From Heterodontus francisci (Eukaryota), in assembly GCF_036365525.1 (NCBI RefSeq), contig NC_090416.1:16464945-16528944 (forward strand): a DNA stretch of 64,000 bases, written 5' to 3'. Position numbers and translations under genes: made by a program. The notes beneath the pieces are model-generated. The model saw only the letters and a list, made by a program, of their open reading frames with translations, made no database searches and had not been told where the DNA came from. Shown piece after piece: positions 20,538-32,971 of this stretch (position 1 is the stretch's first letter; each line of letters starts with the position of its first letter).

Positions 20538-22651
20538 CTGTCNNNNNNNNNNNNNNNNNNNNNNNNNNNNNNNNNNNNNNNNNNNNNNNNNNNNNNNNNN
20601 NNNNNNNNNNNNNNNNNNNNNNNNNNNNNNNNNNNNNNNNNNNNNNNNNNNNNNNNNNNNNNNNNNNNNNNNNNNCTCGCTCTATCTATTTGTCTGTCTG
20701 TTCATCTCTATCTATCTGTCTGTCCATCTCTGTCTGTCTGTCTGTCTATCCCTCAGTACTGACCCTTTGACAGTGCGGCACTCCCTCAGTACTGACCCTT
20801 TGGGAACTGAATATTCCAGGGTATTTGACAGTTTGGAATGACAGGAAGCAAGGAAAAGGAGGTGGTGTAGTTCAGTTAATAAAGGATGAGATCAGTACAG
20901 TGGTGAGAAATGATCTTGTATCAGAAAATCAAGATGTGGAATCAGTTTCGGTGGAGATATGAAATAGCAAAAATTCATACTGGAGCTGCACTCTGGAACA
21001 GAGTATAAATCAAGAAATAAGGGGGGCTTGTAAGGAAAATACTGCAGTAATCCTGGGTGATTTTAATCTTCATATAGATTGGAGTAATCAAACTGGTAAA
21101 GTTAGATAGAGGATGAGTTCATGGAGTGTACTCAGGACAGTTTCTTAGAACAATACACTCTGGAACCAATCCGGGAGCAGGATATTTTAGACCTGGTAAT
21201 GAGTAAGGAGACGGAATTAATTAATGACCTCTTAGTAAAGGAAGAATAGAAAAGTAGAATATTATTTACATGGAGAGAGACTGCAGAATGCTGCAGTACA
21301 GAGGGATCTGGGTGTCCTTGTACATGGATCACAAAATGTTAACATGCAGGTTCAGCAAGTAATTAGGAAGAGAAATTGAATGTTGGTATTTATTGCAATG
21401 GGGATGGAGTATAAAAGTAGGGACATCTTGCTACAACTGTACCGGGTATTGGTGAGACCGCACATAGAGTACTGCATACAGTTTTGGTCTCCTTATTTAA
21501 GGAGGGATATACTTGCATTGGAAGCAAGGTTCACTTGGCTGATTCCTGGGATGAAGGGATTGTCTTGTGAGGAAAGGTTGAGAAGGTTGGGCCTGGACTC
21601 ATTGGAGTTTAGAAGAATGAGAGGTGATCTTATTGAAAAGTGTAACGTTCTGAAGGGGTTTGACGGGGTAGATACTGAGAGGATGTTTCCCCTCGTGGGG
21701 GAATCTAGAACTAGGGGGAATAGTTACAGAATACGGGGTCTCCCATTTAAGACGGAGATGAGGAGGAATTTCTTCTCTGAGGGTCATTAATCTTTGGAAT
21801 TCTCTTCCCCAGGGAGCAGTGGAGGCTGGGTCATTGAATATATTCAAGGCTGAGTTGGAGAGTTTTTTGATCTACAAGGGAGTTGAGGGTTATGGTGGGG
21901 GGCAGACAGGAAAGTGGAGATAAGGTCACAATCAGATCATCCATGATCTTATCGAATGGCGGAACAGGCTCGAGGGGCCGAATGGCCTTCTCCTGTTCTT
22001 ATTTCTTATGCTTTTATGTTGAAGATATCGTACCTGCTGTATTCAATAGCTGTCCAGGTCTTTAAAGCCCAAAGTGGCCGTAACTGTTCCTATCTGTGCA
22101 GAGAGCCCTTGGCAGTAATATAATATAATGAAAATGGCCTGGCTGAAACTCCCCGGGTCTGGATATCTCAGTACAGATCGGGGAAGGGGTGGTCGGAGTG
22201 CTGGAATCTGGGCCTTCCCAGCAAGTGTCCTGTAAGGGAACTGAATGACCTCAACGAAGGAACGAGTTCACAGAGGGAGATGAGGCTGATGTGATTGCAG
22301 TGTGTGCGAACAAGAGGAGGCCATTCAGCCCTTCGAGACTGCTGTACCATTCCATTAGATCATAGCTGGTCTGTACCTTAACCCCATATACCCTGCCTTA
22401 GCTCCATAGTCCTTGCTGCCCTTACCCAATAAAAATCTATCAACCACAATCTTTATAACTCCAATTTTTAATGAAGTGCATTTCTATAGCGTCTTTCACA
22501 ACCTCAGGATGTTCCCAAAGTGCTTCGCAGCCAATGAAATACCTTGAAAAGCAATATTGGGAAATGAAGAATGGGATGTAGAGCAGGAGGAGTTCAGTTC
22601 AGTTCTCCTGAGGGGCCCAGTCCAGATAATGGGTTGTTTTGTTGTAAATGT

Positions 22652-22862
22652 GTGACGTGTCCAAGAATGTAACCGTTTAACGGTGTTTCTCGGATTTCCG
22701 TCCTGTTTCTGTGTGTTTCAGAGCAGGGGAACTGGGCCCAGATGCTGCTGCTCTCTGCTGCTTATCAGACAGTGAACAGGGATGTTTCGGTTCCTCCCCG
22801 AGGCTCCTCTCCCACCCCCTGCAGCGAGTGACCACACCACCTGCACCACATCACAAACAAGA
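22652..22862 (-). promoter_or_regulatory. Candidate IgL 3' enhancer, cluster 2
   Basis: Copy of 5940-6150; EICE at 22784-22796. Confidence 0.55.
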
Positions 22863-25428
22863 CAAAAACAGCATCGATTTGGGTATCAGGATCTAAAATA
22901 AGGCTTTCAGAACACCGCCCAGGTCCCCTGTGGTTGATGACGAGGGCCTGATCTGAGCTGCATTCAGTGCCATTCTCAGACCCAGTCTGGAACCTGGCTG
23001 TTCGGCCATGTGAATCATCAACATTGTAGATTTAACTGGACTGATAAACGTTTGATGGCCTTTAAGATACTCCTTAAAACCTACCTCTTTGACCGAGCTT
23101 TTGGTCACCTGCTCTAATATCTCCGAATGTGGCTCAGCATTAAACTTTGTTTGCTGACGCCCCTTGCGACGTTTTATTACATTAAAGGCGCCATATAAAT
23201 GCAGATTGGTGGTTGTTTGCAGATGACAATTCGTTGAAGACCTTAATAACTAACCGACTGCAGGCCATGAAGTACATCAACTAAAGCCACAATTAAAACT
23301 CAAGGCTTCTGATGTAAGTACAATACTGAAGGAATACCGCACTGCCGGAGGGGCTATCTGTCACTTGGAATCTGCCCTCTGTTAAAGATACTGCAACCCC
23401 CATTTATAAAAGAGTTGGGGAGTTCTCCCCCACCCCCGTGTCTTGGCTGATATTTATCCTTCAATCAATATCACAAAAAAAGATCACCTGGGTCATTATC
23501 TCATTGTTATGTGTGTGGGATCATGCTGTGCACAAATTGTCTGCTGTGTTTCCTACATTGCAACAGTTGACTAGACTTCAAAAAAAATACTTGGTTGGCT
23601 GTAAAGCGCTGTGGGACATTCTGAAGCTGTGAAAGGAGGCTCACTGTCACCTTCTCAGGGGGACAAATAGTGATGGACAATAAATGGCTGGTCTTACCAG
23701 AGATGCCCACATCTCGAGAATGAAGAAGTGCAGGTTCTGTCTCTCTGGACGCTGTGATGTCCCCTTGTAAAACATACTGAAACTAAATAGTTCTAAAAAC
23801 ATCTGCATAAATACAGCATCCTCAGACTCGAGATGAGGATTAAACCTACATTTAATACCTCTTTAAGTGCGTGGCCCCTTTAAGGTGTGCTGAGGGACTG
23901 GGCTTTTCCAGCACTCTCTGTCCATTTACTCTTTGAGGTGATGCAACCGATACTCTCTCCACAGCCGGGGGCTCAGTTAACAGCCCTTCCCTCTTATGGC
24001 CCCTAGTTCTGCTCTCACCCGCAAGTGGAAACGTCTCGCCTTATCGAGTCCTTTCATAACCTTAAAGGGCTCCATCAGGTCCTACCCTCCCCCCCTCTCA
24101 GTCTTCTCTTTTCAACCTATCCTGGTAGCCTATCTCAGTACTGGTACCATCCCAGCACATCTTTTCTTGCACCTTCTCCAGTGTCATTTTATAATATGGA
24201 GACGGGAACAGTGCACAGTAATTCCAAGTGTGGTCTAACTGAGGTTCCCTACAAGTTTGACTTAATGTATCTGCTTCTCAATTCTATCCCTCGAGAAATT
24301 AACCCCGGTGTTTGGATTGCTTTTTATATGGCCTTATTCAGCAGCATTGCTGCAGTTACTCTATAACCCTCGATCCACAACCCTATTTAGACTCTTTCTT
24401 CCCCACCTCCCCCTCCCTCCAGGACTAGGTGACCTCATTCATCCTCCCAAAAAGTAGCACCTCACACTTATCCAGACTGACCTTCATTTGCCAATTACAC
24501 ACCCATTCTGCATGTCCTGTCATTTGTGATGGACCTAATATTAACTGCAGCCTCCCCCAATTTGGAGTCATCAGCAAACTGATCCCGTGCCATCCTATCT
24601 CTCGGACCGGGATAGTGAGCAGTTCTCCCTGGGAGGGACGGTATTTTATTCCAAACAGAGGCTTTTCCTGTAAATCACATACAATGATGGTCTAGTATGG
24701 GAGAAACTACACTTTAGGATGGGAGGGTTGTTGAGAGGGTGCAGAGGAGGTTTACTGGAATGGTTCCAGGGATGGGGGAATTCTAGTTATAAGGTCAGCC
24801 TGGAGAAGCTGGGATTGTTTTCCTTGGAGCGAAGGAGATTGCAGGGAGATTTAATAGAGGTGGACAAGATTATGACAGATCTGGATAGAGTAGACAAGGA
24901 AAAACAGTTCCCATTAACTGATGGTACAAGGGCTAGGGGACACATATTGAACGTTTTGGGCAAGGGATACAAGGGGGGGGGGGGGGGGGATGTGAGGAAG
25001 AATTTATTTATTTTTAAATGCAGTGAGTGACAATGACCTGGAACTCAGTGCCTACCAGAGTGGTGGAAGCTGGAGACAATGATTTCAGTAACAAACTGGG
25101 GTGGGGGGGGGGGGGGGGGGGACACTTGAAGGAAATAAATTCGCAGGGGGCCACGGGGGTGCGGAGAGTGGGACTGACTGGATTGCACTACGGGGAGCTG
25201 GCACGGACCCGAGGGGCCGAATAGCCTCCTTCTGTGCCAGAAATGAAATCGAATTCGTTTAAAATAGTTAACTCTGCTTGAATATTTTTTTTTAAATCTG
25301 CCCAAAAGAAAATTCCTCTAATCGCCATTATTCGTACAGTTAACCACTGACTTGCACCAATATCCACCTCAACTCACCCCCACCCCCTCCCCACAAAAAA
25401 TAACAGAGCAATTTGAATTCATGTCATC

Positions 25429-25434
25429 TTTATT
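25429..25434 (-). terminator. Poly(A) signal, cluster 2
   Basis: AATAAA at the homologous position. Confidence 0.75.
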
Positions 25435-25763
25435 AAAACAGCCACACACAGAGAGATACATTTTTCAATTCTAACAAATGGTACTACTGAGAGAAAGGAG
25501 AGAGGGAGCAGAACCCATCCAGCTCCAAATGGGAATGTACTCCCGGGATAGGTGGTCCTGATATTCACTGTCACCCACCTGCGCCCCCCAGTTAAAATTG
25601 GATCCAAAATTGGATCGTTAAACTGCGATTGAAGTGACTGTTTCAACATCGTTGGCCACATTTGCTACAGTGATTACATTGTAAAACAACAACAACAACA
25701 TTCCACATATTGAATAATATTTCATCAGCAATAAATCAAACTCTAAACCCCAGTTGCTCCCTC

Positions 25764-26092
25764 TCAGTCGGAACAAGCGGTGGAGCTGATGGTTTTGAGG
25801 AGAGGTGAGCTCAGAGAGCCGTGGTCCACACTGCAGGTATAGCTGGAGCCCTTATTCCAGGCAGTGGCGGGGACTCTCAGGTAACTGCTCAGGCTGTAGG
25901 TTTGATCACTGTCCGTGGACACAGTGCCTGTGGTCACCCCGCTGTCTGTCTCTTTATCATCCACTCTCCAGAGAACCCGCACGAAACCCGGCTTAAAGCG
26001 GCTCACCAGGCAGGACAGAGTAGCCCATCCCGAGTCTATTTCTTCCGAGGAAGGAGGGAGCAGGAGAACTGATGGTTTCCGATCCTCACTAC
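25764..26092 (-). CDS. IgL constant exon, cluster 2
   Basis: Same protein as C1; acceptor cag at 26095-26093. Confidence 0.96.
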
Positions 26093-27426
26093 CTGTGTGT
26101 GAGAGACAGGGTGGAAGAAAGGAATCTCACTGTTAGTATCAATCATTTTTTCTAAAAGGCACATCCAGAATTAGTAACACATACTATAATTTAAAACAAA
26201 CATTTAACTTGACTTCAGACTTAGGTAGAGACAGTAAATAATACAATAGCCTGAGTGTTTCCAGCACTCGATTTCAGATTTCCAGCATCTGCAGGATTTT
26301 GCTTTGATTGGATTAAAATTAAATATTTAGTCCAATCTTAACTCCCTGTCAATTGAGAGCTGGACTTGTACATGGATTCGAGACATTCAATATAAATTAA
26401 TTAACTGAATATTAAATACAACAGACAATATCGAATTGTTTAAAATTCAGGGGCAGATTAAAATCAAAAGTTTAAAAATTGAGGAAGTTTCACATTTCGG
26501 ATAGGCTGTACTGGAGGTCTTATGGAGGTGCTCGGAGTATGTATTGGGAGTAACTCAACCTCCCAGATCCACACTCAGAGTTCGGTGATCACCTCACCAG
26601 GAAAAATTCTTTATTTATAAAAAAAAGTTTTAAAAGTAATAAAGTTCGGGGCGGTTTCCATTTAGAAAGTAGGTTAGACACTTCACATGAACGAACGACA
26701 GCCGGAAGGAGGGGGCTGGGAAGGGAGACGGGGACTGGGGGGTCGAGAGACCGGGTGCGTTAGGAACAGACAAGATGGGGTGGGGGGGCGCAGAATGAGG
26801 CCATTCGGTCCATCGAGTCCCTGCCGCTGCCTAACCCCACTTCCCAACTTTGGGAGTCTTTTTTTGAGGTGGGGGAGGGGGTGCTAGTGTCAAACTCGAC
26901 CCCATTTGACTCTGAGTAAAATTCCTGTTTGTAAATCTTCCAGCAACACCCGGGGCAGGCTCGCTATTTATACAACAGTGCAGCGAATAGACGGAGAAGT
27001 CCACACCTGCACACTGCAGACCTGGCCGAACAGACTCGAGGGGCTGAATGGCCTTTCTCCCCTGTTCATTCTGCATTTTCTTTTGCCAATGTAGTTTTTC
27101 CTCGGTTCTGAGGAAAGGTCAGAGACCCGAAACTGTTCACCGTTTCTCCCTCTCTCTCCGCAGAGGCTGCCCAGACCTGCTGAGTATTTCCAGCATCTTC
27201 TGTTTTTTTTATTTCAGATTTCCAGCATCCGCAATTGTTTTGCTGCTATTTTAGTGTTTATTTTTCTACCCTCCAGAATCCAAATTCCCAGCACTGAATC
27301 AGTGGACAGAAAAATAAAAATCTGACCCAATTTGTTTTCACCGTTATCAGGGCAGATCCGATTCTGCAACAATAAATGAATAAATAATTGAAACAATATG
27401 AATGATAGGATGAGGGAATTACTTAC

Positions 27427-27463
27427 TCCGTAAACTCAGGGCGGTCCCAGGTCCGAAGGTAAA
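27427..27463 (-). CDS. IgL J segment, cluster 2
   Basis: FTFGPGTALSLR followed by a GTAAGT donor. Confidence 0.95.
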
Positions 27464-27502
27464 CACAGTGCAGTGTTTTAATGGGACGGGTCACCTAAAA
27501 CC
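27464..27502 (+). other. 23-RSS of J2
   Basis: CACAGTG-23-CCTAAAACC. Confidence 0.92.
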
Positions 27503-27817
27503 CAGGCTGGGAAGAAAGAGGGGAAAATATTAATAATCTGTCCTTTATCACATTCCCTTTCACATTCTGCCTTTCACAGGGGCCGGAATGCTGAGAGGCT
27601 GGAGAAAGATTTTCACATATCAGTGAGGAAACCTTGAGAATATCAGTGTTTACCTACCCAGCTAATAGTCCAAATATTGGGGAAAATCCAAATAAACCCA
27701 TGGAAACCCAGTGAGATTTTCCACAAGTTACATAAGGAATATTTCTGAAGCTCATTACACAGTCTCAGGCAGGAATATTTCAGTAGCTGTTGGAATTCTG
27801 AGTGGTTCTGTTGATAC

Positions 27818-27845
27818 AGTTTTTGTATTGCCCTTTCTCACTGTG
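27818..27845 (-). other. 12-RSS of V2
   Basis: CACAGTG-12-ACAAAAACT. Confidence 0.95.
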
Positions 27846-28174
27846 TATGTAGCCTGCTGAGTATTCCGCGGCAGCACAGTAATAGACGGCGGAGTCTCCC
27901 GGTTCCAAGCTGCCGATGGTCAGAATGTGACTGTTACTGGAGGTGTCTCTGGAAGGTTTAAAACGGTCCGTGAAGCCGGTGCCTCGATAGATGCTACCAC
28001 TTGGATAGTGGGCTAACACCCACACCGGAGCCTCCCCGGGTCTCTGTCGGTACCAGCTCATGTAGTAACTGCCCACGTTGCCGTTCTGCATTGCACACTT
28101 TAACTCGGAGGTCTCACCGGCGGAGACTGGGTCTGAAATTGGGGTCTGATTGAGGACAGGAACCGCCAGGACAC
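27846..28174 (-). CDS. IgL V exon, cluster 2
   Basis: GVLAVPVLNQ...YYMSWYRQ...AHYPSG...YYCAAAEYSAGYI; 329 nt, open. Confidence 0.95.
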
Positions 28175-28339
28175 CTTCAACACAAAACACAAGAGAGAGA
28201 AAAAAAACACATTCAGTTTATTGGAGCAAAAAAACACACTGATAAATAAACAGGCCGGGCTACCAAATCCCTTTGCTTCCTAATCTAATGGTTTACAAAT
28301 GAATAATTGAGTAACGTTCTGTTAACATAAGTGTCTCAC

Positions 28340-28388
28340 CTGTTAAATGGAGTAGCAGGGTCCCCAGGAGATACATTACTGCAGCCAT
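28340..28388 (-). CDS. Leader exon, cluster 2
   Basis: MAAVMYLLGTLLLHLT(G) followed by a GTGAGA donor. Confidence 0.92.
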
Positions 28389-28510
28389 TCCCTCCGGGGG
28401 GGAAAAAACCCCGTGAAGAATTGGTGAGCAGGGTTTTACTGTAACTCCAGAAAGTGGATCCAGTTACAGTGCCGGACAAGGTGAGACCAGTATCTATTAT
28501 ATGAACCTGT

Positions 28511-28518
28511 ATGCAAAT
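28511..28518 (-). promoter_or_regulatory. V2 promoter octamer
   Basis: ATTTGCAT on the minus strand in the same context as cluster 1. Confidence 0.88.
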
Positions 28519-29504
28519 ACAGGGAGGGTTGAGAGGAGCAGGGGCGGCGGGGGGGGGGGGGGGGGGTGGGGGGGGGGGGTGGGAGTGGACCAGACCAGAT
28601 TTTTTTTATTGAGCCTCTATTGGTCCCCAATTAAACATTTCCATGTATTTATTTCCACCGAGTTGAGGGTTAATTCACAATAATTTCTGATTTTAACCCC
28701 CCCTTCTCATGTCAAGAGTGTGAGATTTAAAAGAACAACTGTAGAAATTGCACATTTTATCCCAGATGGACAAAAACAAAAGCCCTTCAGAATCCAGTGC
28801 CTTAAATTCATCCAGAACAAGTTTAACCCTGCGATCGTTAAGGATTTGTTTTTTTTTATATTTGGGTCTGCAATGTGTACTTAAACACATATCTTTATAT
28901 CCAACACGCTGGTGTTTGCAACAAAGCAGTTCATTGGAAGGATTGGAATGGAAGAGATTGACTGGACTGCTTCTCTGAGCTGCTCTTTTTTCCGATCCGC
29001 CACTGTACAAGTGCACTGCTTGTCCTGGCGTTTGAGCCGAGTGTAGGGTCAAAACACTCGTTTCTCACTCAGGCCGACGTTCAGAAACAGCCAGAATCAA
29101 CTCCAATATCCGTTTTAATTGGTAATGCAACGAGGAGTGAGATTCTGACCGGGCAAGCTGACTGCTCGGATAGTTTCTGTGTTGTGTCCGGATCCTGTGT
29201 TAAGTCCAGTTTCAATGAAATGTGTTTTCCTGCTGCAACAGTTCCTGCCCTGACTTTTTTTTTGTTGCAACTAAACCACATGTATCGGAACCTCAGTCCC
29301 AGGAATACATTTGTTTTAACATTCCATTTCAGATGTTTTATGTCAATCACTCGATGCCAAGGGAAAACTTGCAACAAGTAGCTGGTGAGAGGAGTTAGTT
29401 TCTTTAAAATGAATATTTTCTATCTTTATTTAAAATTCACTTAATTGGATATGGACATCACTTGGCCCTGCCCGCATTTATTGCCCATCCCTTATTCCCG
29501 TTGA

Positions 29505-29856
29505 GGGCGGCACAGTGGCGCAGTGGTTAGCACTCCAGCCTCACAGCTCCAGGGACCCGGGTTCGATTCCGGGTACTGCCTGTGAGGAGTTTGCAAGTTC
29601 TCCCTGTGTCTGCGTGGATTTTCTCCGGGTGCTCCGGTTTCCTCCCACAAGCCAAAAGACTTGCAGGTTGATAGGTAAATTGGCCATTATAAATTGTCAC
29701 TAATATAGGTAGGTGGTAGGGTAATATAGGGACAGGTGGGGATGTTTGGTGGGAATATGGGATTAGTGTAGGATTAGTATAAATGGGTGGTTGAGGTTCG
29801 GCACAGACTCGGTGGGCCGAAGGGACTGTTTCATTGCTGTATCTCTAATCTAATCG
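29505..29856 (+). mobile_element. Young tRNA-derived V-SINE (HE1-like), inserted in the older SINE
   Basis: A box TGGCGCAGTGG, B box GGTTCGATTCC, V-domain-like gtctgcgtggattttctccgggtgctccggtttcctcccac, CR1-like 3' end and (CTAAT)n tail. Absent from units A and C. Confidence 0.85.
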
Positions 29857-30859
29857 AAAGGTGGTGGTGGAGCCGCCTTCTTGAACTGCGACAGTGCAGT
29901 GGTTTTTGTACAACAGAACTGAGGGCAGTTAAGTGTCAACCACATTGCCGTGTGTCTGGAGTCACTAGTCGGCCAGACCAGGTGAGGAAGGCAGATTTCC
30001 TTCCCTAAAAGGACATTTGTCAACCAGATGGTTTTTTGTTAATGAACATTCAATTTATGGTCACCATTACTGAGACTAGGTTTCAATTCCAATTTTTCTT
30101 TTAATTAATTAGTTGAATTTAAATTCCATGGTGGGATTTGAACTCGTGTCTCCAGAGCATTATCCTGGGCCTCTGGATTAGTAATATCTAGTGACATTAC
30201 TACTACTCCACCTTGTGATGGATCAATATTAATTCTAGAAATGTGATAGGATTTGAGCCAGTGAAAGGGGGAAGGTGGGAAGAAGAACAGCAGGGAAGGT
30301 CTGTGACACGGGTGGAGGGCAGGAGAGATTAAATGACAGAAAGGGTGTCAAGGTGCAAAGCCAAAGGGAGTGGTAATGAGAGATGTGTCTGGAGGAGGTG
30401 TGAATGGCAGGATCAGAACACAAGGTAAAGGAAATAAGAGGTCAACAAGAGAGATAAACTAACAAATCAGCAAAGAAAAGGGCAACAAAAATGAGGGCGG
30501 GTGGGGGGGGGGGGTTACAAACTAAAATTGTTGAATTCAGTGTTGAGTCTGGAAGGTTGTAGAGTGCCCAGTCGAAAGATGAGGTGCTGTTCCTGCAGTT
30601 AGCCTCCGATTACTGACGTGTTCAGTCAAGTCAGTGTCGACTAGCTGCCCCCTAGACAGAGAATTTGACCCCTCCACCACTAAAAATCCATTTCTGATTG
30701 GTCTCCACAGCAGAAACAGACCCATCTCCCTCCCCTCCCACCAGCAGATTCTCTGGGTCATTTTCAACTAACCCTAACCTGCATTACTATAGAGACCTCA
30801 GGATGTCCTAAAGACAGAAAAATAAACACCTGTTTTGAAGTCTGGTCATTGTAACATCG

Positions 30860-30996
30860 TAACCCAATGCACAATGGAAATAAATATTTGGAAATGATTA
30901 ATTAGGGACAAATATATTTTTAATAAAGTGTTTTCCCCTGCTCCCCTTGACCCCCTCCCTGTATTTGCATATTGACTAATATATAGATACTAGTCT
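30860..30996 (+). promoter_or_regulatory. Inverted promoter paralog, unit B (octamer 30963-30970)
   Basis: Copy of 13795-13931; has TATATA after the octamer. Confidence 0.65.
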
Positions 30997-31500
30997 TCTC
31001 CGGGTTCCCGGAGTTACAGTAATCTTGTTGAAGTGAAAGCACAATTGCTAAATGTGTGAGAAGCTGAACTCAGCTTTGCCCATGTAGTTGAATGGAGAGT
31101 GCACACATGTAGTTAAATGGAGTCATCCACGTATGTAGTTAAATGGAGTCATCCACGTATGTAGTTAAATGGAGTGGACCAGTGTGCAGTAAAATGGGGT
31201 TGTGCACATGTCTAATGGAAAGCAGTTCAGCACCTCTAGGTTCATAGAATCTCTCACTTTGCACAGCAGATGTCACATGGCTGCAGCTTTGCCCAGGGAG
31301 CCTACCCGGTTCACACAGGATAGGCCAGGTGTTAAAGCAAGAGCATTTGGTGTTGCCTATTGAAGCTTGCACAATGGTTAAAGGAAAATACAATTAAAGT
31401 TCACAAGATGGGAATCTTGTAAAGTGTCAGCCATGGCCTCGTGGGTTCAAGTCCCAATCCAGAGACTTGAGCACAAAAAACAGTCTCACATTCGCCGTGT

Positions 31501-31888
31501 AGTACTGAGGGTGTGCTGCACTCTCGGAGGGTCAATACTGAGGGAGTGCGGCACCGTCGGAGGGTCAGTATTGAGGGAGTGCTGCACTGTTGGAGGTTCA
31601 GTACTGAGGGAGTGCTGCACTGTCAGAGGGTCAGTACTGAGGGAGCGCTGCACTGTCGGTGGATCAGTACTGAGTGAGTGCCGCACTCAGAGGGTCAGTA
31701 CTGAGGGAGTGCTGCATTGTCAGAGGGTCAGTACTGAGGGAGTGCTGAACTGTCGGAGGGTCAGTCCTGAGGGAGTGCTGCACTGTCGGAGGGTCAGTAC
31801 TGAGGGAGTGCTGCACTGTTGGAGGTTCAGTACTGAGGGAGTGCTGCAGTGTCAGAGGGTCAGCACTGAGGGAGTGCTGCACTGTCTG
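31501..31888 (+). repeat. 33-bp minisatellite, ~12 copies
   Basis: Direct reading. Confidence 0.93.
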
Positions 31889-32626
31889 AGGTGCCATATT
31901 CACAAGTCCCCCTCAGGTGGACATTATCGATCCCATGACTCTATTTGAAGGAGAGCAGGTGTCCTGGACAATATATATTCCAACATTAACACCTAAAGCT
32001 GTAACTGGTCATTATCACATTGCTATTTGTGGGAGCTTGCTGTGTAAATGACTGACAGATTTCCTGCATTTCAACAGTGACTACACTTCAAAACACACTT
32101 CAAAAGTACGTCATAAGATGTAAACCACTTTGGGGCAGCCTAGTGATCAGACCTCTCTGTCTCTCCATCTGTCTATCTGTCCATNNNNNNNNNNNNNNNN
32201 NNNNNNNNNNNNNNNNNNNNNNNNNNNNNNNNNNNNNNNNNNNNNNNNNNNNNNNNNNNNNNNNNNNNNNNNNNNNNNNNNNNNNNNNNNNNNNNNNNNN
32301 NNNNNNNNNNNNNNNNNNNNNNNNNNNNNNNNNNNNNNNNNNNNNNNNNNNNNNNNNNNNNNNNNNNNNNNNNNNNNNNNNNNNNNNNNNNNNNNNNNNN
32401 NNNNNNNNNNNNNNNNNNNNNNNNNNNNNNNNNNNNNNNNNNNNNNNNNNNNNNNNNNNNNNNNNNNNNNNNNNNNNNNNNNNNNNNNNNNNNNNNNNNN
32501 NNNNNNNNNNNNNNNNNNNNNNNNNGCGATCTGTCTATCTATCTGTCCATCTATCGATCTATCTATCTGACTGACTATCTATCTTTCTATCTATCTATCT
32601 ATCTATCTGTCTATCGATCGATCTAT

Positions 32627-32908
32627 CTCGGAGGGCGGAGTTCCAGACCGGGAAGTCTAAAAAACTGACTTCGGGGATTCTCGGACAGCCTCGGAGGGCG
32701 GAATTAACCTCGGGGATTCTCGGACAGACTCGGAGGGCGGAGTGAACCTCGGGGATTCTCGGACAGACTCGGAGGGCGGAGTGAACCTCGGGGATTCTCG
32801 GACAGACTCGGAGGGCGGAGTTAACCTCGGGGATTCTCGGACAGACTCGGAGGGCGGTGTTCACTTCGGGGATTCTCGGACAGACTCGGAGGGCGGTGTT
32901 CACCTCGA
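32627..32908 (+). repeat. 39-bp minisatellite, ~6 copies
   Basis: Direct reading. Confidence 0.93.
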
Positions 32909-32971
32909 TGGGTCGAAGGGCCTGTTTCAGTGCTGTATCTCTAAATAAAAAATAAAAATAAATAAAATAAT

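Larger units (their letters stand above)
25764..28388 (-). other. Ig light-chain cluster 2 (L-V-J-C, unjoined)
   Basis: Same architecture as cluster 1; all splice sites and RSSs intact. Confidence 0.95.

Noticed and set aside
29505-29580. tRNA gene
   Set aside because: The A and B boxes belong to the tRNA-derived head of a SINE that continues into a V-domain and a LINE-like tail.
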